NCBI GenBank assembly: GCA_963665665.1
Contig: OY762428.1
Location: 1,696,001 to 1,760,000, forward strand
DNA from: Candidatus Kapaibacterium sp.
Lineage (GTDB): Bacteria; Bacteroidota; Ignavibacteria; Kapaibacteriales; UBA2268
Direction: 5' to 3'
Length of the DNA stretch: 64,000 bases
In this document: positions 1-8,918 of the stretch, piece after piece
How the letters are laid out: every line of letters begins with the position of its first letter
Position numbering within the stretch: the first letter of the stretch is position 1
Translations under genes and position numbers: made by a program
The notes under the pieces: model-generated
The model's database searches: none
What the model was told of the DNA's origin: nothing
The model's input: only the letters and a program-made list of their open reading frames with translations

Positions 1-483
1 ATTTATTCTGACAATTTTCTTATAATCCGGAGCCGAATAACTAACAATTGAATCCGGCCAAACAATAACACCAAACATATTTCCATTTTTATCCATTGTT
101 AAGTTAGGATAGGGATCAGTAATCTTATACTTCTCGTCATATAAGTGTATATCCCATGTATCACCTTTGTTAGTGGATTTCAAAAAAGCCAAAATATCCC
201 AACTCAATTCTTCATCATGATAAAATGTAGTAGTCCAAAAACAACCGTCTGGATTTATCATTATATTCCCAATTTCACGAAATTCATACAATGATTTCCA
301 TGATCTACCGTTGTCGCTTGAACGAAACAATCCATTATTAGAATTTATAAATATATTACCATTGTACTCGAAAAGATGATTAATAGATCCTCCTTCCGGC
401 CCCCAGAGGTATTTCCAGAAGTCCCCGGCAAAGAGATTGAATGGGATGATAATCAATATGGCAATTAGCAACAGCTTTTTCAT
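1..483 (-). CDS. Partial (runs off window) secreted BNR/YCF48-like beta-propeller protein, paralog of 640..2787
   Basis: Manual translation from ATG at 483: MKKLLLIAILIIIPFNLFAGDFWKYLWGPEGG...LFRSSDNGRSWKS. Signal peptide and Asp-box motif; N-terminus nearly identical to the adjacent gene. Confidence 0.8.
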   Translation of the reverse strand, partial: MKKLLLIAILIIIPFNLFAGDFWKYLWGPEGGSINHLFEYNGNIFINSNNGLFRSSDNGRSWKSLYEFREIGNIMINPDGCFWTTTFYHDEELSWDILAFLKSTNKGDTWDIHLYDEKYKITDPYPNLTMDKNGNMFGVIVWPDSIVSYSAPDYKKIVRIN

Positions 484-639
484 GGTTCTTATCCTTTTGA
501 TATTATTACTCATCCGATCACTTGAAGTGACCGGATGAATTGTGTTAATCATATACTATAATAACAAATTATTTTTAATTTGGTTTCAGAAGATACGCCA
601 CCTATAAGCAAAAGTCAGACCTGGGAAGAGTACGCGCCC

Positions 640-2787
640 TCACTCCTTCACAAATATGCCTGAAAGAAGATCATTGCCCGATTCGATTCTGATGTAGTAT
701 ATGCCTGCCGGAAAATCACGGAGAGGAATACTGGTGTTTTGCCCCGTGCCGGAGGAATATGTGGTATTGCTGTAAACCTTTGAGCCGAGCTGGTTATATA
801 CTCTGATACGGGCTGGCGATATGGTTGATGTTCTAAATTTCAGGTCAATATAATCAGTGGCGGGGCAGGGAGATATATTGATTCCTCCATGTTCGATTGC
901 TTTAGATTCATTTTCAACTGATACATATTGATCGTTGCTGCGGTAAAGGCCGGAATTATCAGCTGCAAGGAAAATATATCCATTGGGAGCAACAGCCATA
1001 CAACTGTAACTATTATGGGTAAAGCCGCTTGAAATATCCTGCCAGTCGCTCCCGGCTGACGTCATTGTTCTATATGCTTTGTAATGCATCCACGAGAGAA
1101 GACTGCCGGTTGAATCAATGGCACGAACTGGGCGGTACTTTTTATCTTCATCAACAAACCACGTTCTTCCATTATCGGTTGTGGTTATTCCATAGTTCGA
1201 AAACCCATTCGAGTACTTGTCAAAATAGATACTCACTATTTCTCCTCCCATCCCTTCAAAAAGTTCATATTCCCCGACAACTTCCTCCCAAGTGTCGCCA
1301 TCGTCGGTGGAACGGTATATCTGCCCGTGAATACTGCCACGGAAAATATGGCCCTCCGAGTTCATTCCATAAGAATAATTACCGCCGCTGATCCAGTTAT
1401 CAGTCCAGGTTATGCCTTTATCAGTTGATTTTACGAGCGAATTTGTGAAGTCATGACCGATAAAAATATGGCCGCGATTGTTTTCGAAATAATTTTTGGC
1501 AACAACGTTATAAGTTTCGGGTTTGGGTAAATAATCCCAGGACTGGCCGTAATCGCTTGATCTTGCTATCCAACAAACACTACTGCCATTAACATAACTG
1601 GTAAGTATAATATCATCTCTGGTTATAAAAATTGGCTCCAAACTATAGATTGGATCCGTTTGTAAATCAGTCCATGACTCGCCGTTATCTGATGATTTAA
1701 ATACTGTACCTGATGCCATTGCATAAATTGCCCCCTTACTGTCAAAACTTATCGATTGTACATCCGAGGCAACAAAACCTTTATTCGAAATGATCCAGTT
1801 TACTCCTCCGTCAGTGGAATAGTAGAAACCGCGAGAATTTCCGGCATACATTTCACCATTTTCGCCTGCTATCATCTTATCAAAATAGCAGCCCCTTCCT
1901 TCTTCGGTAATTCTCTGCCATGTTCTCCCGCTGTCAACAGATTTGTAAACCGAATTGTAATCGCCGTCACTGCCATTGGCAAATAGTTCGTCTTTGGAGT
2001 TGCGACACAGGTATTTTGAAAACCCATTAACAGTTGTGGAATTCCATGTTTCCCCTCTGTCATTTGAAAAAAGAATTCCCCTGTTTGTTGTAATGACAAT
2101 TTTTTTATAACTAATGAATTGTAAATCCAATATACTTTTAGGAGCTTCAATATACTCCCATGATTTTCCGGAATCGGGACTTATCAAAATAAAACCTTCA
2201 TAAGATTTATTAATATAACCAATAATCACGAAATTATGATTTTCTTCAATGTTATAGTCCCACGAAATAAAATCTTTTTCATATGGATTTTGCCAGTTTG
2301 ATAGCAGTTTGTAACTGCCATCCTTTTCAAAAGAATAAACAACAATCGAATCTTTGATTTTTTTCCTTACACCAAAAATATTACCATTAATATCCATTTT
2401 TAAGGTTGGATCATTTTCTTGTATTGAATAAAAATAATCCTCCATTTCAATATCAGTCCAGTTATCGCCATTATCATTAGAATATCTGAAATAAATAACG
2501 GTTTTTTTTATTTCGTCATTTCGGTCATAATAGTATGAATACAGGGAATCGTTTTGAGCGCCCATGATCGAACCAATAATATCCATATTATAAAGTGATT
2601 TCCAACTCCTTCCAGAATCATCAGATCGAAAGTAACCGTTATAAGTACCGATAAATATCTTTTCGTTCTGGATAGACATATCCCAAATCCCACCTCCTTC
2701 CGGCCCCCAGAGGTATTTCCAGAAATCACCGGCATGAAGGTTGAAAGGAACAATAATTAATATGGCAATCAGCAACAGCTTTTTCAT
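640..2787 (-). CDS. Secreted BNR/Asp-box (YCF48/VPS10-like) beta-propeller protein with T9SS C-terminal sorting domain
   Basis: Many SxDxGxxW motifs; signal peptide from MKKLL at 2787 (ORF track starts at 2817); C-terminus 'ISPCPATDYI...GIYYIRI...FVKE' fits a T9SS type A CTD. Confidence 0.85.
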   Translation of the reverse strand: MKKLLLIAILIIVPFNLHAGDFWKYLWGPEGGGIWDMSIQNEKIFIGTYNGYFRSDDSGRSWKSLYNMDIIGSIMGAQNDSLYSYYYDRNDEIKKTVIYFRYSNDNGDNWTDIEMEDYFYSIQENDPTLKMDINGNIFGVRKKIKDSIVVYSFEKDGSYKLLSNWQNPYEKDFISWDYNIEENHNFVIIGYINKSYEGFILISPDSGKSWEYIEAPKSILDLQFISYKKIVITTNRGILFSNDRGETWNSTTVNGFSKYLCRNSKDELFANGSDGDYNSVYKSVDSGRTWQRITEEGRGCYFDKMIAGENGEMYAGNSRGFYYSTDGGVNWIISNKGFVASDVQSISFDSKGAIYAMASGTVFKSSDNGESWTDLQTDPIYSLEPIFITRDDIILTSYVNGSSVCWIARSSDYGQSWDYLPKPETYNVVAKNYFENNRGHIFIGHDFTNSLVKSTDKGITWTDNWISGGNYSYGMNSEGHIFRGSIHGQIYRSTDDGDTWEEVVGEYELFEGMGGEIVSIYFDKYSNGFSNYGITTTDNGRTWFVDEDKKYRPVRAIDSTGSLLSWMHYKAYRTMTSAGSDWQDISSGFTHNSYSCMAVAPNGYIFLAADNSGLYRSNDQYVSVENESKAIEHGGINISPCPATDYIDLKFRTSTISPARIRVYNQLGSKVYSNTTYSSGTGQNTSIPLRDFPAGIYYIRIESGNDLLSGIFVKE

Positions 2788-2811
2788 GGTTCTTATCCTT
2801 TTGATATTATT

Positions 2812-2844
2812 ACTCATCCGATCACTTGAAGTGACCGGATGAGT
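2812..2844. repeat. Palindrome ACTCATCCGATCACTTGAAGTGACCGGATGAGT upstream of the paralogous genes (second copy 510-538)
   Basis: Near-perfect inverted repeat at the same position upstream of both paralogs. Confidence 0.75.
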
Positions 2845-2979
2845 TCATTGTAACATATACAATAATAACAAATTATTTCAATATTTGTTCCTAATTATCA
2901 GATCATTAATCAGCTTTAATGATCTTCCTGCTTATCGTCCGGCCTTCCACCGTCATCCCCCTGTTTATCGGAATGAAGG

Positions 2980-3120
2980 ATAGCGGCGTAGCCGCGACAT
3001 TTTTGTAGAAAGACGAATCCGGAAAGGACAACAGCCCCGTAGGGGCGACATTTACATTTCAGATGTCGCTCCTACGGAGCTTTTTCCCTCCTTTCGAAGG
3101 AGGGGGCCGGGGTGAGGTAG
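2980..3120. repeat. Cluster of REP-like palindromes
   Basis: AGCGGCGTAGCCGC, GCCCCGTAGGGGCGACAT...ATGTCGCTCCTACGGAGC, CCCTCCTTTCGAAGGAGGGG. Confidence 0.65.
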
Positions 3121-3134
3121 GAAGTGTCGAAAGC

Positions 3135-3941
3135 AATGTACCAATGGTCGACACTATTGCAGCAATGTTTTGCTTTATTGATGCCTTGGTCTACGCTATT
3201 GCACTGATGTTTGGTGATAATGATGCCTTGGTCGGAGTCATTGCCGCCCTGTTTTACTGCAAAGCCCTCTCCTTCGGGGAGGGTTTGGGAGGGGTCAGAG
3301 GTATTGAGGTCTTGTTTGCACCTATTGCAGCAATGTTCAGAAGCAGTGAACCAATGTTTTGCTTTATTGATGCCTTGGTCGAAGTCATTGCTGCCTTGGT
3401 TGGAGTCATTGCTGCCTTGGTTGGAGTCATTGCTGCCTTGGTTGGAGTCATTGATGCCTTGGTCTACGCTATTGCACTGATGTTTGGTGATAATGATGCC
3501 TTGGTCGAAGGCATTGCCGCCTTGGTCGAAGTCATTGATGCCTTGGTCGAAGTCAATGATACCTTGGTCGGAGTCATTGCAGCCTTGTTCGGAGTCATTG
3601 ATGCCTTGGTCGAAGTCATTGCTGCCTTGGTTGGAGTCATTGATGCCTTGGTCGAAGTCATTGATGCCTTGGTCGGAGTTATTGCAGCCTTGGTCGGAGT
3701 CATTGCAGCCTTGTTCGGAGTCATTGACGCCTTGGTTGAAGTTATTGATGCCTTTGTCGAAGTTATTGATGCCTTTGTCGGAGTCATTGATGCCTTGGTC
3801 GGAGTTATTGTTGCCTTGTTCGGAGTTATTGCTGCCTTGTTCGGAGTTATTGATTCCTTGGTTAGAGGCAAAGTACTGATGTATGAAGTCATTTACGGCT
3901 TGGTCGGAGATATTGATTGCTTGTGTAGCGTTGAAATCCGG
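3135..3941. repeat. Degenerate 21-bp tandem repeat array, left arm (consensus about GATGCCTTGGTCGGAGTCATT)
   Basis: More than 30 directly visible 21-nt units; heptad-periodic translations in several frames. Confidence 0.9.
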
Positions 3942-3944
3942 AAT

Positions 3945-4435
3945 ATTTAACTAATTGTATTATTTATTAAAATTGAATTATTAAATATATGCTCAAAATC
4001 AGTAAATATTTAAGTGTTTGTAGTAAATATATTTATCAGATTATTAAATAATCATATTGATTTATAATATTAATAATATAACTAATCAAATAAATAAATC
4101 AAACAAGTCATTAATCATTATTTCTTATAAATTATCTTTCTTCTTTTATAAAATATTTTATGTATCCAAGGATATATTGAATTGTCCTAACAAATTAGAT
4201 ATACTGATTAATTAATAGTTTAATACTGATATTTAATAGTTTATAAAATTAATTAAATAAAACATACCATTTATTTAATAATATGTATAATTTATTTAGT
4301 TATTCATATAAAAAGTTTAGTTAGATGAACTATATCAAGGCTTGGATATATTATATAATTTATTATAAATACTATATATTTAATATAAATAGTATAATAT
4401 TTAATATTTTGGATTAAATATTTGATTATCAGTTC
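3945..4435. other. Extremely AT-rich non-coding core between two inverted 21-bp arrays
   Basis: Almost entirely A/T, no ORF; contains a 38-bp motif shared with 36869-36906. Confidence 0.8.
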
Positions 4436-4464
4436 TATCTATAGACTATTCTCATCTCTACCTT

Positions 4465-4812
4465 CGGGATTTCAATGCCAAACAAGCAATCAATGAGGCG
4501 GAACAAGCCGTCATTGAAGCCAAACAAACATGCAATAAGGCCAAACAAGACATCAGTAATGTGGAACAAGTGAGCAATGAGGCAAAACATCCAAGCAATG
4601 AAGCGGAACAAGACTTCAATAAGGCGAAACGAGTAAGCATTGAGGCGGAACAAGCATGCAATGAAGCAGAACAAGACATCAGTAATGTGGAACAAGTGAG
4701 CAATGAAGCCAAACAAGACATCAGTAAGGCCAAATTTCACTACATTAAGGCCAAAGAATGCTTCAATACCTCCGGCCAAGGCAGTTTAAAGCCCCGACAA
4801 CAAATCAATTAG
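4465..4812. repeat. Degenerate 21-bp tandem repeat array, right arm, inverted relative to the left arm (about AATGAAGCGGAACAAGACATC)
   Basis: 21-nt periodic units resembling the reverse complement of the left-arm unit (AATGACTCCGACCAAGGCATC). Confidence 0.8.
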
Positions 4813-4960
4813 CCCAAACATCAGGGTTTTGAATAAAAACAGCATTGAATTAAGGAAATTATCCGATTCATTGAAACCACAGAATAGGGAATTAAGGCCG
4901 GTACTTGGTTCATTGGAGTGGAAAAACGGGTAAACTGAGCAAAAGAATGAGGTGTTATGT

Positions 4961-5460
4961 TGTCATTCTGACGGAGCGAAGCGACCGAAGAATCCATCTT
5001 TGTTTGCAGATAATGTATAAAGAATGGATCCTTCGCTTCGCTCAGGATGACATGCAGTTTTACCATCGTCAAGTTCAATAGCCACGTGCTTTAGCTCGTG
5101 GGTAAAGATGCAAGGTGCAGAGGCAAAGAAAAAGAACCCACCCCAGCCTGTCCCGACTTGTCGGGAACTCGCTGCGCTCGCCACCCCTCAACGAGGGGAA
5201 TTTTCCGGAAGTCCACCCCCGCCCTTTCCCGACACGTCGGGCCAGCGGGGGTTATAAAGCCTCCTTCCCAAGTTGTACCTGGGAAGGAATATTTTCTGCA
5301 AAGTTCTACTTTGGAATTGAGAAGCTCAGCTTCAAAAGAAAACTGCATTACGAAGTACAACTTCGTAATGAGGGGGAAATCCATCTTACTTACAGAAAAT
5401 GTATAAAGAATGGATACTTCGCTCCGCTCAGTATGACATTCCATACGCCGCCGGGGGACA
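4961..5460. repeat. Mosaic of REP-like palindromic elements (GTCATTCTGA..GCGAAG..GAAGAATC family and CCCGAC..GTCGGG types)
   Basis: GTCATTCTGACGGAGCGAAGCGACCGAAGAATCC...GGATCCTTCGCTTCGCTCAGGATGAC; related copies near 5411, 30867, 36174, 41492. Confidence 0.7.
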
Positions 5461-5662
5461 GGTGAAATCACAAAGTATGAATTTACATGGATTCTAATTT
5501 CTGTGTTATATCCTTTTTCATTTTCAACTTAATTCTCCGTGTTTCACGTAGAAAAAATCCGAGTAATCCGCATATCAAATTCAGAATTACCCTAATTGTG
5601 CTGCCTTATAATTATTGATATTATGCAGGAAATGACGTTGTTACACTTTAATAAAGATTTCT

Positions 5663-6349
5663 ATGAAATTCAAAACATTACTTCTTGTTTTTGCTTCATT
5701 GATAATTGCTGTTGCGAAACCGGTAGCAGCACAGGAATTAACGCCGGGCGCCGACCTTGTGAGCAGGTATGTATGGCGCGGACTCGACTTTGGTTCTTCT
5801 CCTGCTATTCAGCCGGGACTGACATTTTCGTATGGTGATTTTTCTATCGGTGCCTGGGGCTCGCTTACAATCAACGATAATAAGTTTCAGGAACAGGACA
5901 TCTTTGTTTCTTATACTATTGCAGATATGTTCTCGGTTACTGTTACTGACTACTTCTTCCCGAATGATGATGTAGCAATGAATAATTATTTTGAATATGA
6001 TGAAGATATTACCGGCCATATCCTGGAAGCCACTGTCAAATTTGAAGGAACGGAAAATCTTCCTGTTTGGGCGGCTTTCAATGTGAATTTCTGGGGCGCT
6101 GATCCTGATAATTCAATGTATGTTGAGCTTGGATACAAAGGAAAGATCAAGGACAATTCCTTCGATGTATTCCTTGGTGCAACAACTGATGCCGGAGTTT
6201 ACGGGCATACAGCAGGTGTTGTTTATTTTGGTATAACCGGGTATAAGGATATCAAGATATCAGAATCCTTCAGCCTTCCGGTATTTTGCAGATTTATTAC
6301 TAACCCGCAGAACGAAAACGTACACCTTGTGTTTGGTATGAGTCTATAA
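5663..6349 (+). CDS. TorF-like putative outer-membrane porin associated with the ammonium transporter
   Basis: Signal peptide; 'GADLVSRYVWRG...PAIQPG' motif; beta-strand C-terminus; directly upstream of amtB. Confidence 0.75.
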   Translation: MKFKTLLLVFASLIIAVAKPVAAQELTPGADLVSRYVWRGLDFGSSPAIQPGLTFSYGDFSIGAWGSLTINDNKFQEQDIFVSYTIADMFSVTVTDYFFPNDDVAMNNYFEYDEDITGHILEATVKFEGTENLPVWAAFNVNFWGADPDNSMYVELGYKGKIKDNSFDVFLGATTDAGVYGHTAGVVYFGITGYKDIKISESFSLPVFCRFITNPQNENVHLVFGMSL

Positions 6350-6383
6350 GTGAATTATTTAAACTATCGATTGGAGAATTAAA

Positions 6384-7598
6384 TTGGATACAGGAACAAC
6401 CGCTTTTATGATACTGGCCACGAGCCTTGTAATGTTAATGACCCCGGGACTTGCTTTCTTCTATGGCGGACTTGCCGGAAAAAGAAATATTCTTGGAATT
6501 ATGATTCAGACCTTTGTTTCTCTTGGTATAACTACAATATTGTGGGTAGCAGTTGGTTATTCACTTTCCTTCAGCGGCGGTGAAGGTGGAATTATAGGAA
6601 ATTTAGATAAAATGTTTCTCAACGGAGTAGCATTCGATCAGTTATTCGGGGGCCCGGACGGTAAATTCCCCGAGTATATCTTTATTGCTTATCAGATGAT
6701 GTTTGCCATAATCACTCCTGCTCTGATAACAGGGGCGTTTATCAACCGGGTCACGTTCAAATCATACCTGATATTCCTTGTTGCCTGGCAGATATTAGTT
6801 TATTACCCGTTTGTGCACATGATCTGGGGCGGCGGACTCCTTGCAGAATGGGGAGTACTTGATTTTGCAGGCGGTATAGCAGTTCATACAACAGCCGGTT
6901 TCGCAGCTCTTGCTTCAGTGATTTACGTAGGTAAGCGCCGTGACACTAACGCTCCTCCGAACAGTATTCCGCTGGTAGCTATCGGTACCGGACTTCTGTG
7001 GTTCGGATGGTATGGCTTCAATGCAGGCAGCGAGCTTGCAGTGGATTCTATCACAACTCTTGCATTCTTAAATACTGACGTAGCCGCATCATTTGCAGCC
7101 ATTACATGGATGGTAATTGAATGGGCACGCGAACGTAAACCAAAATTTGTAGGCCTGCTGACGGGTGCAGTTGCAGGATTGGCAACAATTACTCCTGCAG
7201 CAGGATTTATCAGCCTGCCAATGGCTATTGTTCTTGGTATCCTTGCCGGAGCAGTATGTTATATTGCCGTACAGCTTAAGAATAAACTTGGCTGGGATGA
7301 TGCCCTTGATGTTTGGGGTGTTCACGGTATTGGTGGTGTACTTGGTTCTATACTTCTTGGTGTTTTTGCTTCATCAGCGATAAACGGCCAGGCAGGCCTG
7401 CTGGAAGGCGACAGTATGTTCTTTATTAAGCAGGTTGTTGCAGTAGTGGTAGCTGCGGCTTATGCGTTTATATTTACATATATCATGCTCGTGATAATTA
7501 ACTTTATCACTCCTGTAAAAGTTGGTGAATCCGAAGAAACACTCGGCCTCGATGAGTCTCTCCACGGAGAAAAAGCTTATGACGAAGGCGCCTTATAA
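6384..7598 (+). CDS. amtB: Ammonium transporter (Amt family)
   Basis: TTG start with GGAGAA RBS; motifs MTPGLAFFYGG, DFAGGIAVH, LLWFGWYGFNAGS, DDALDVWGVHG. Confidence 0.96.
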   Translation: MDTGTTAFMILATSLVMLMTPGLAFFYGGLAGKRNILGIMIQTFVSLGITTILWVAVGYSLSFSGGEGGIIGNLDKMFLNGVAFDQLFGGPDGKFPEYIFIAYQMMFAIITPALITGAFINRVTFKSYLIFLVAWQILVYYPFVHMIWGGGLLAEWGVLDFAGGIAVHTTAGFAALASVIYVGKRRDTNAPPNSIPLVAIGTGLLWFGWYGFNAGSELAVDSITTLAFLNTDVAASFAAITWMVIEWARERKPKFVGLLTGAVAGLATITPAAGFISLPMAIVLGILAGAVCYIAVQLKNKLGWDDALDVWGVHGIGGVLGSILLGVFASSAINGQAGLLEGDSMFFIKQVVAVVVAAAYAFIFTYIMLVIINFITPVKVGESEETLGLDESLHGEKAYDEGAL

Positions 7599-7631
7599 TA
7601 TTTAAATTTCAAAACTTGACCTCTGCAATTT

Positions 7632-7667
7632 AGGAGCAGTCAGCCTTAGGGCCCTGCTCCTTTTTTT
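7632..7667 (+). terminator. Intrinsic terminator after amtB
   Basis: AGGAGCAG...CTGCTCCT stem followed by a T run. Confidence 0.7.
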
Positions 7668-7729
7668 ATTTTATAAGTTCAAGGAATAATAATCCCGGAA
7701 TTGCATGGAAAAATGTATGAAAGCCAAAA

Positions 7730-8143
7730 TCATCCTCGGGCAATAAGCCCATAAGATTCCTTTATCCTGCCAAGCAACACTTCGTCTACCTCGGAGATTT
7801 CTTTTATTACAGCAGCATGAAAAACTCTTTTGCCACTAATCTTTACAGATTTTAAAATTCTCGGGTCATTCCATTCTTCCGGCAGTTGAAACTCAAGTTC
7901 AACCTTGTCTTTTTTTATTTTCAAAGATAAAAAAACAGCCCCGGAGCGAAATTGAATCGAGGATTTTACCGGAATAACTTCAATTTCACCAAATTCTGCA
8001 CAACGATCAAGCAATGCATGAAATATTTCTCTAATTTCATCCGGGCGTTTAGCAAGATGATCCTCAATGCCAACAGTATAGCATGAATGCCACTGATTTT
8101 TATTTCTGAACTCGCGTCCGCATTTATTGCATATCCAAACCAA
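7730..8143 (-). CDS. DUF5655-like protein with N-terminal CxxC...HxC motif
   Basis: 'WICNKCGREFRNKNQWHSC' N-terminus typical of this family. Confidence 0.65.
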   Translation of the reverse strand: MVWICNKCGREFRNKNQWHSCYTVGIEDHLAKRPDEIREIFHALLDRCAEFGEIEVIPVKSSIQFRSGAVFLSLKIKKDKVELEFQLPEEWNDPRILKSVKISGKRVFHAAVIKEISEVDEVLLGRIKESYGLIARG

Positions 8144-8146
8144 TGC

Positions 8147-8620
8147 CTATCCTTTGCTTAGTACCATATCAACAAATTCGGCAGGCATAGAAGATTTTTC
8201 AACAATTTCATCTCTGCTCAGTCCCCGGGTATTCAATCTGATTACAACACTATTCATAGTTTCCCCTATTTCCACTATATGCCCGTCGGGGTCGAATATG
8301 CGGATTACTCTTTGCCCCCAGGGCTGTTCCCGCAGCCTGTGCAAATATTTTATACCGGATTTTCTAAGTTTTTCATCAATCTCTTCAGGATTATCTGTCT
8401 CGAAATACAATTCGTGGTTATATGAACAATCACTTCCTGATACCTTAGCGCCTGTTATTTTGCCAAAATGTTCGTCCAGGTGAATTGCAAACCCTCCGAC
8501 AAAGGAAATATTTTCCCCGTGATCAAATTCCACCTTCTGACCAAGAATTTTTTCATAAAACACACGTGAAGCGGAAATGTCTGAAACTGTAATCAATGCA
8601 CATTTATAATTCAAATACAT
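8147..8620 (-). CDS. VOC/glyoxalase-family protein
   Basis: 'ITVSDISASRVFYEKILG', 'EQPWGQRVIRIFDPDGHIVEIGE'. Confidence 0.88.
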   Translation of the reverse strand: MYLNYKCALITVSDISASRVFYEKILGQKVEFDHGENISFVGGFAIHLDEHFGKITGAKVSGSDCSYNHELYFETDNPEEIDEKLRKSGIKYLHRLREQPWGQRVIRIFDPDGHIVEIGETMNSVVIRLNTRGLSRDEIVEKSSMPAEFVDMVLSKG

Positions 8621-8741
8621 GCTAACTCCAAATATTTTTTAATTAAATTATGATAAAATATTAAGAACGAAAAAATTTTTTCTAAAAAACTTAAAATTAA
8701 TAAAATATAATTTTTAATATTCTCCTAATTTATTTATATTA

Positions 8742-8852
8742 GTTCTGTCGTCAATGACGACTGAAAACAGAACCTAAAAATTTTCACCTTCGGGTGAAGA
8801 GCCTCATAAATAACCCTATAAATGTTGGACCCCGGTTTTCCGGGGTTTTTTT
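8742..8852 (+). ncRNA. Candidate small structured RNA ending in an intrinsic terminator
   Basis: Three hairpins, including TTCACC-TTCG-GGTGAA (cUUCGg) and ACCCCGG-TTTT-CCGGGGT plus T run, in an AT-rich intergenic region; no family recognised. Confidence 0.45.
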
Positions 8853-8879
8853 ATTTCTGAAAAGCTCATATCAATTTTT

Positions 8880-8887
8880 TATATTTG
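8880..8887 (+). promoter_or_regulatory. Bacteroidota-type -7 promoter box TATATTTG upstream of murG
   Basis: Matches TAnnTTTG consensus about 30 nt before the start codon. Confidence 0.45.
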
Positions 8888-8918
8888 TGTATTGTTAAAT
8901 TGATACAGCGGAGATTTT

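Noticed and set aside
385-2890. Diversity-generating retroelement TR/VR pair
   Set aside because: Duplication is at the 5' ends, differences are not evidently adenine-specific, and no reverse transcriptase is present
3135-3941. Possible CRISPR array
   Set aside because: Units are contiguous with no unique spacers, and no cas genes are present
3063-3950. 295-aa hydrophobic heptad ORF and other ORFs over the 21-bp arrays (including 4435-4812)
   Set aside because: Several frames on both strands are open simply because the unit lacks stops; the start lies in a REP palindrome; not called as CDS, though translation cannot be excluded
4821-5471. Several short ORFs containing 'VILSEAKDP' or 'HPERSEGS'
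   Set aside because: Translations of REP-like palindromes
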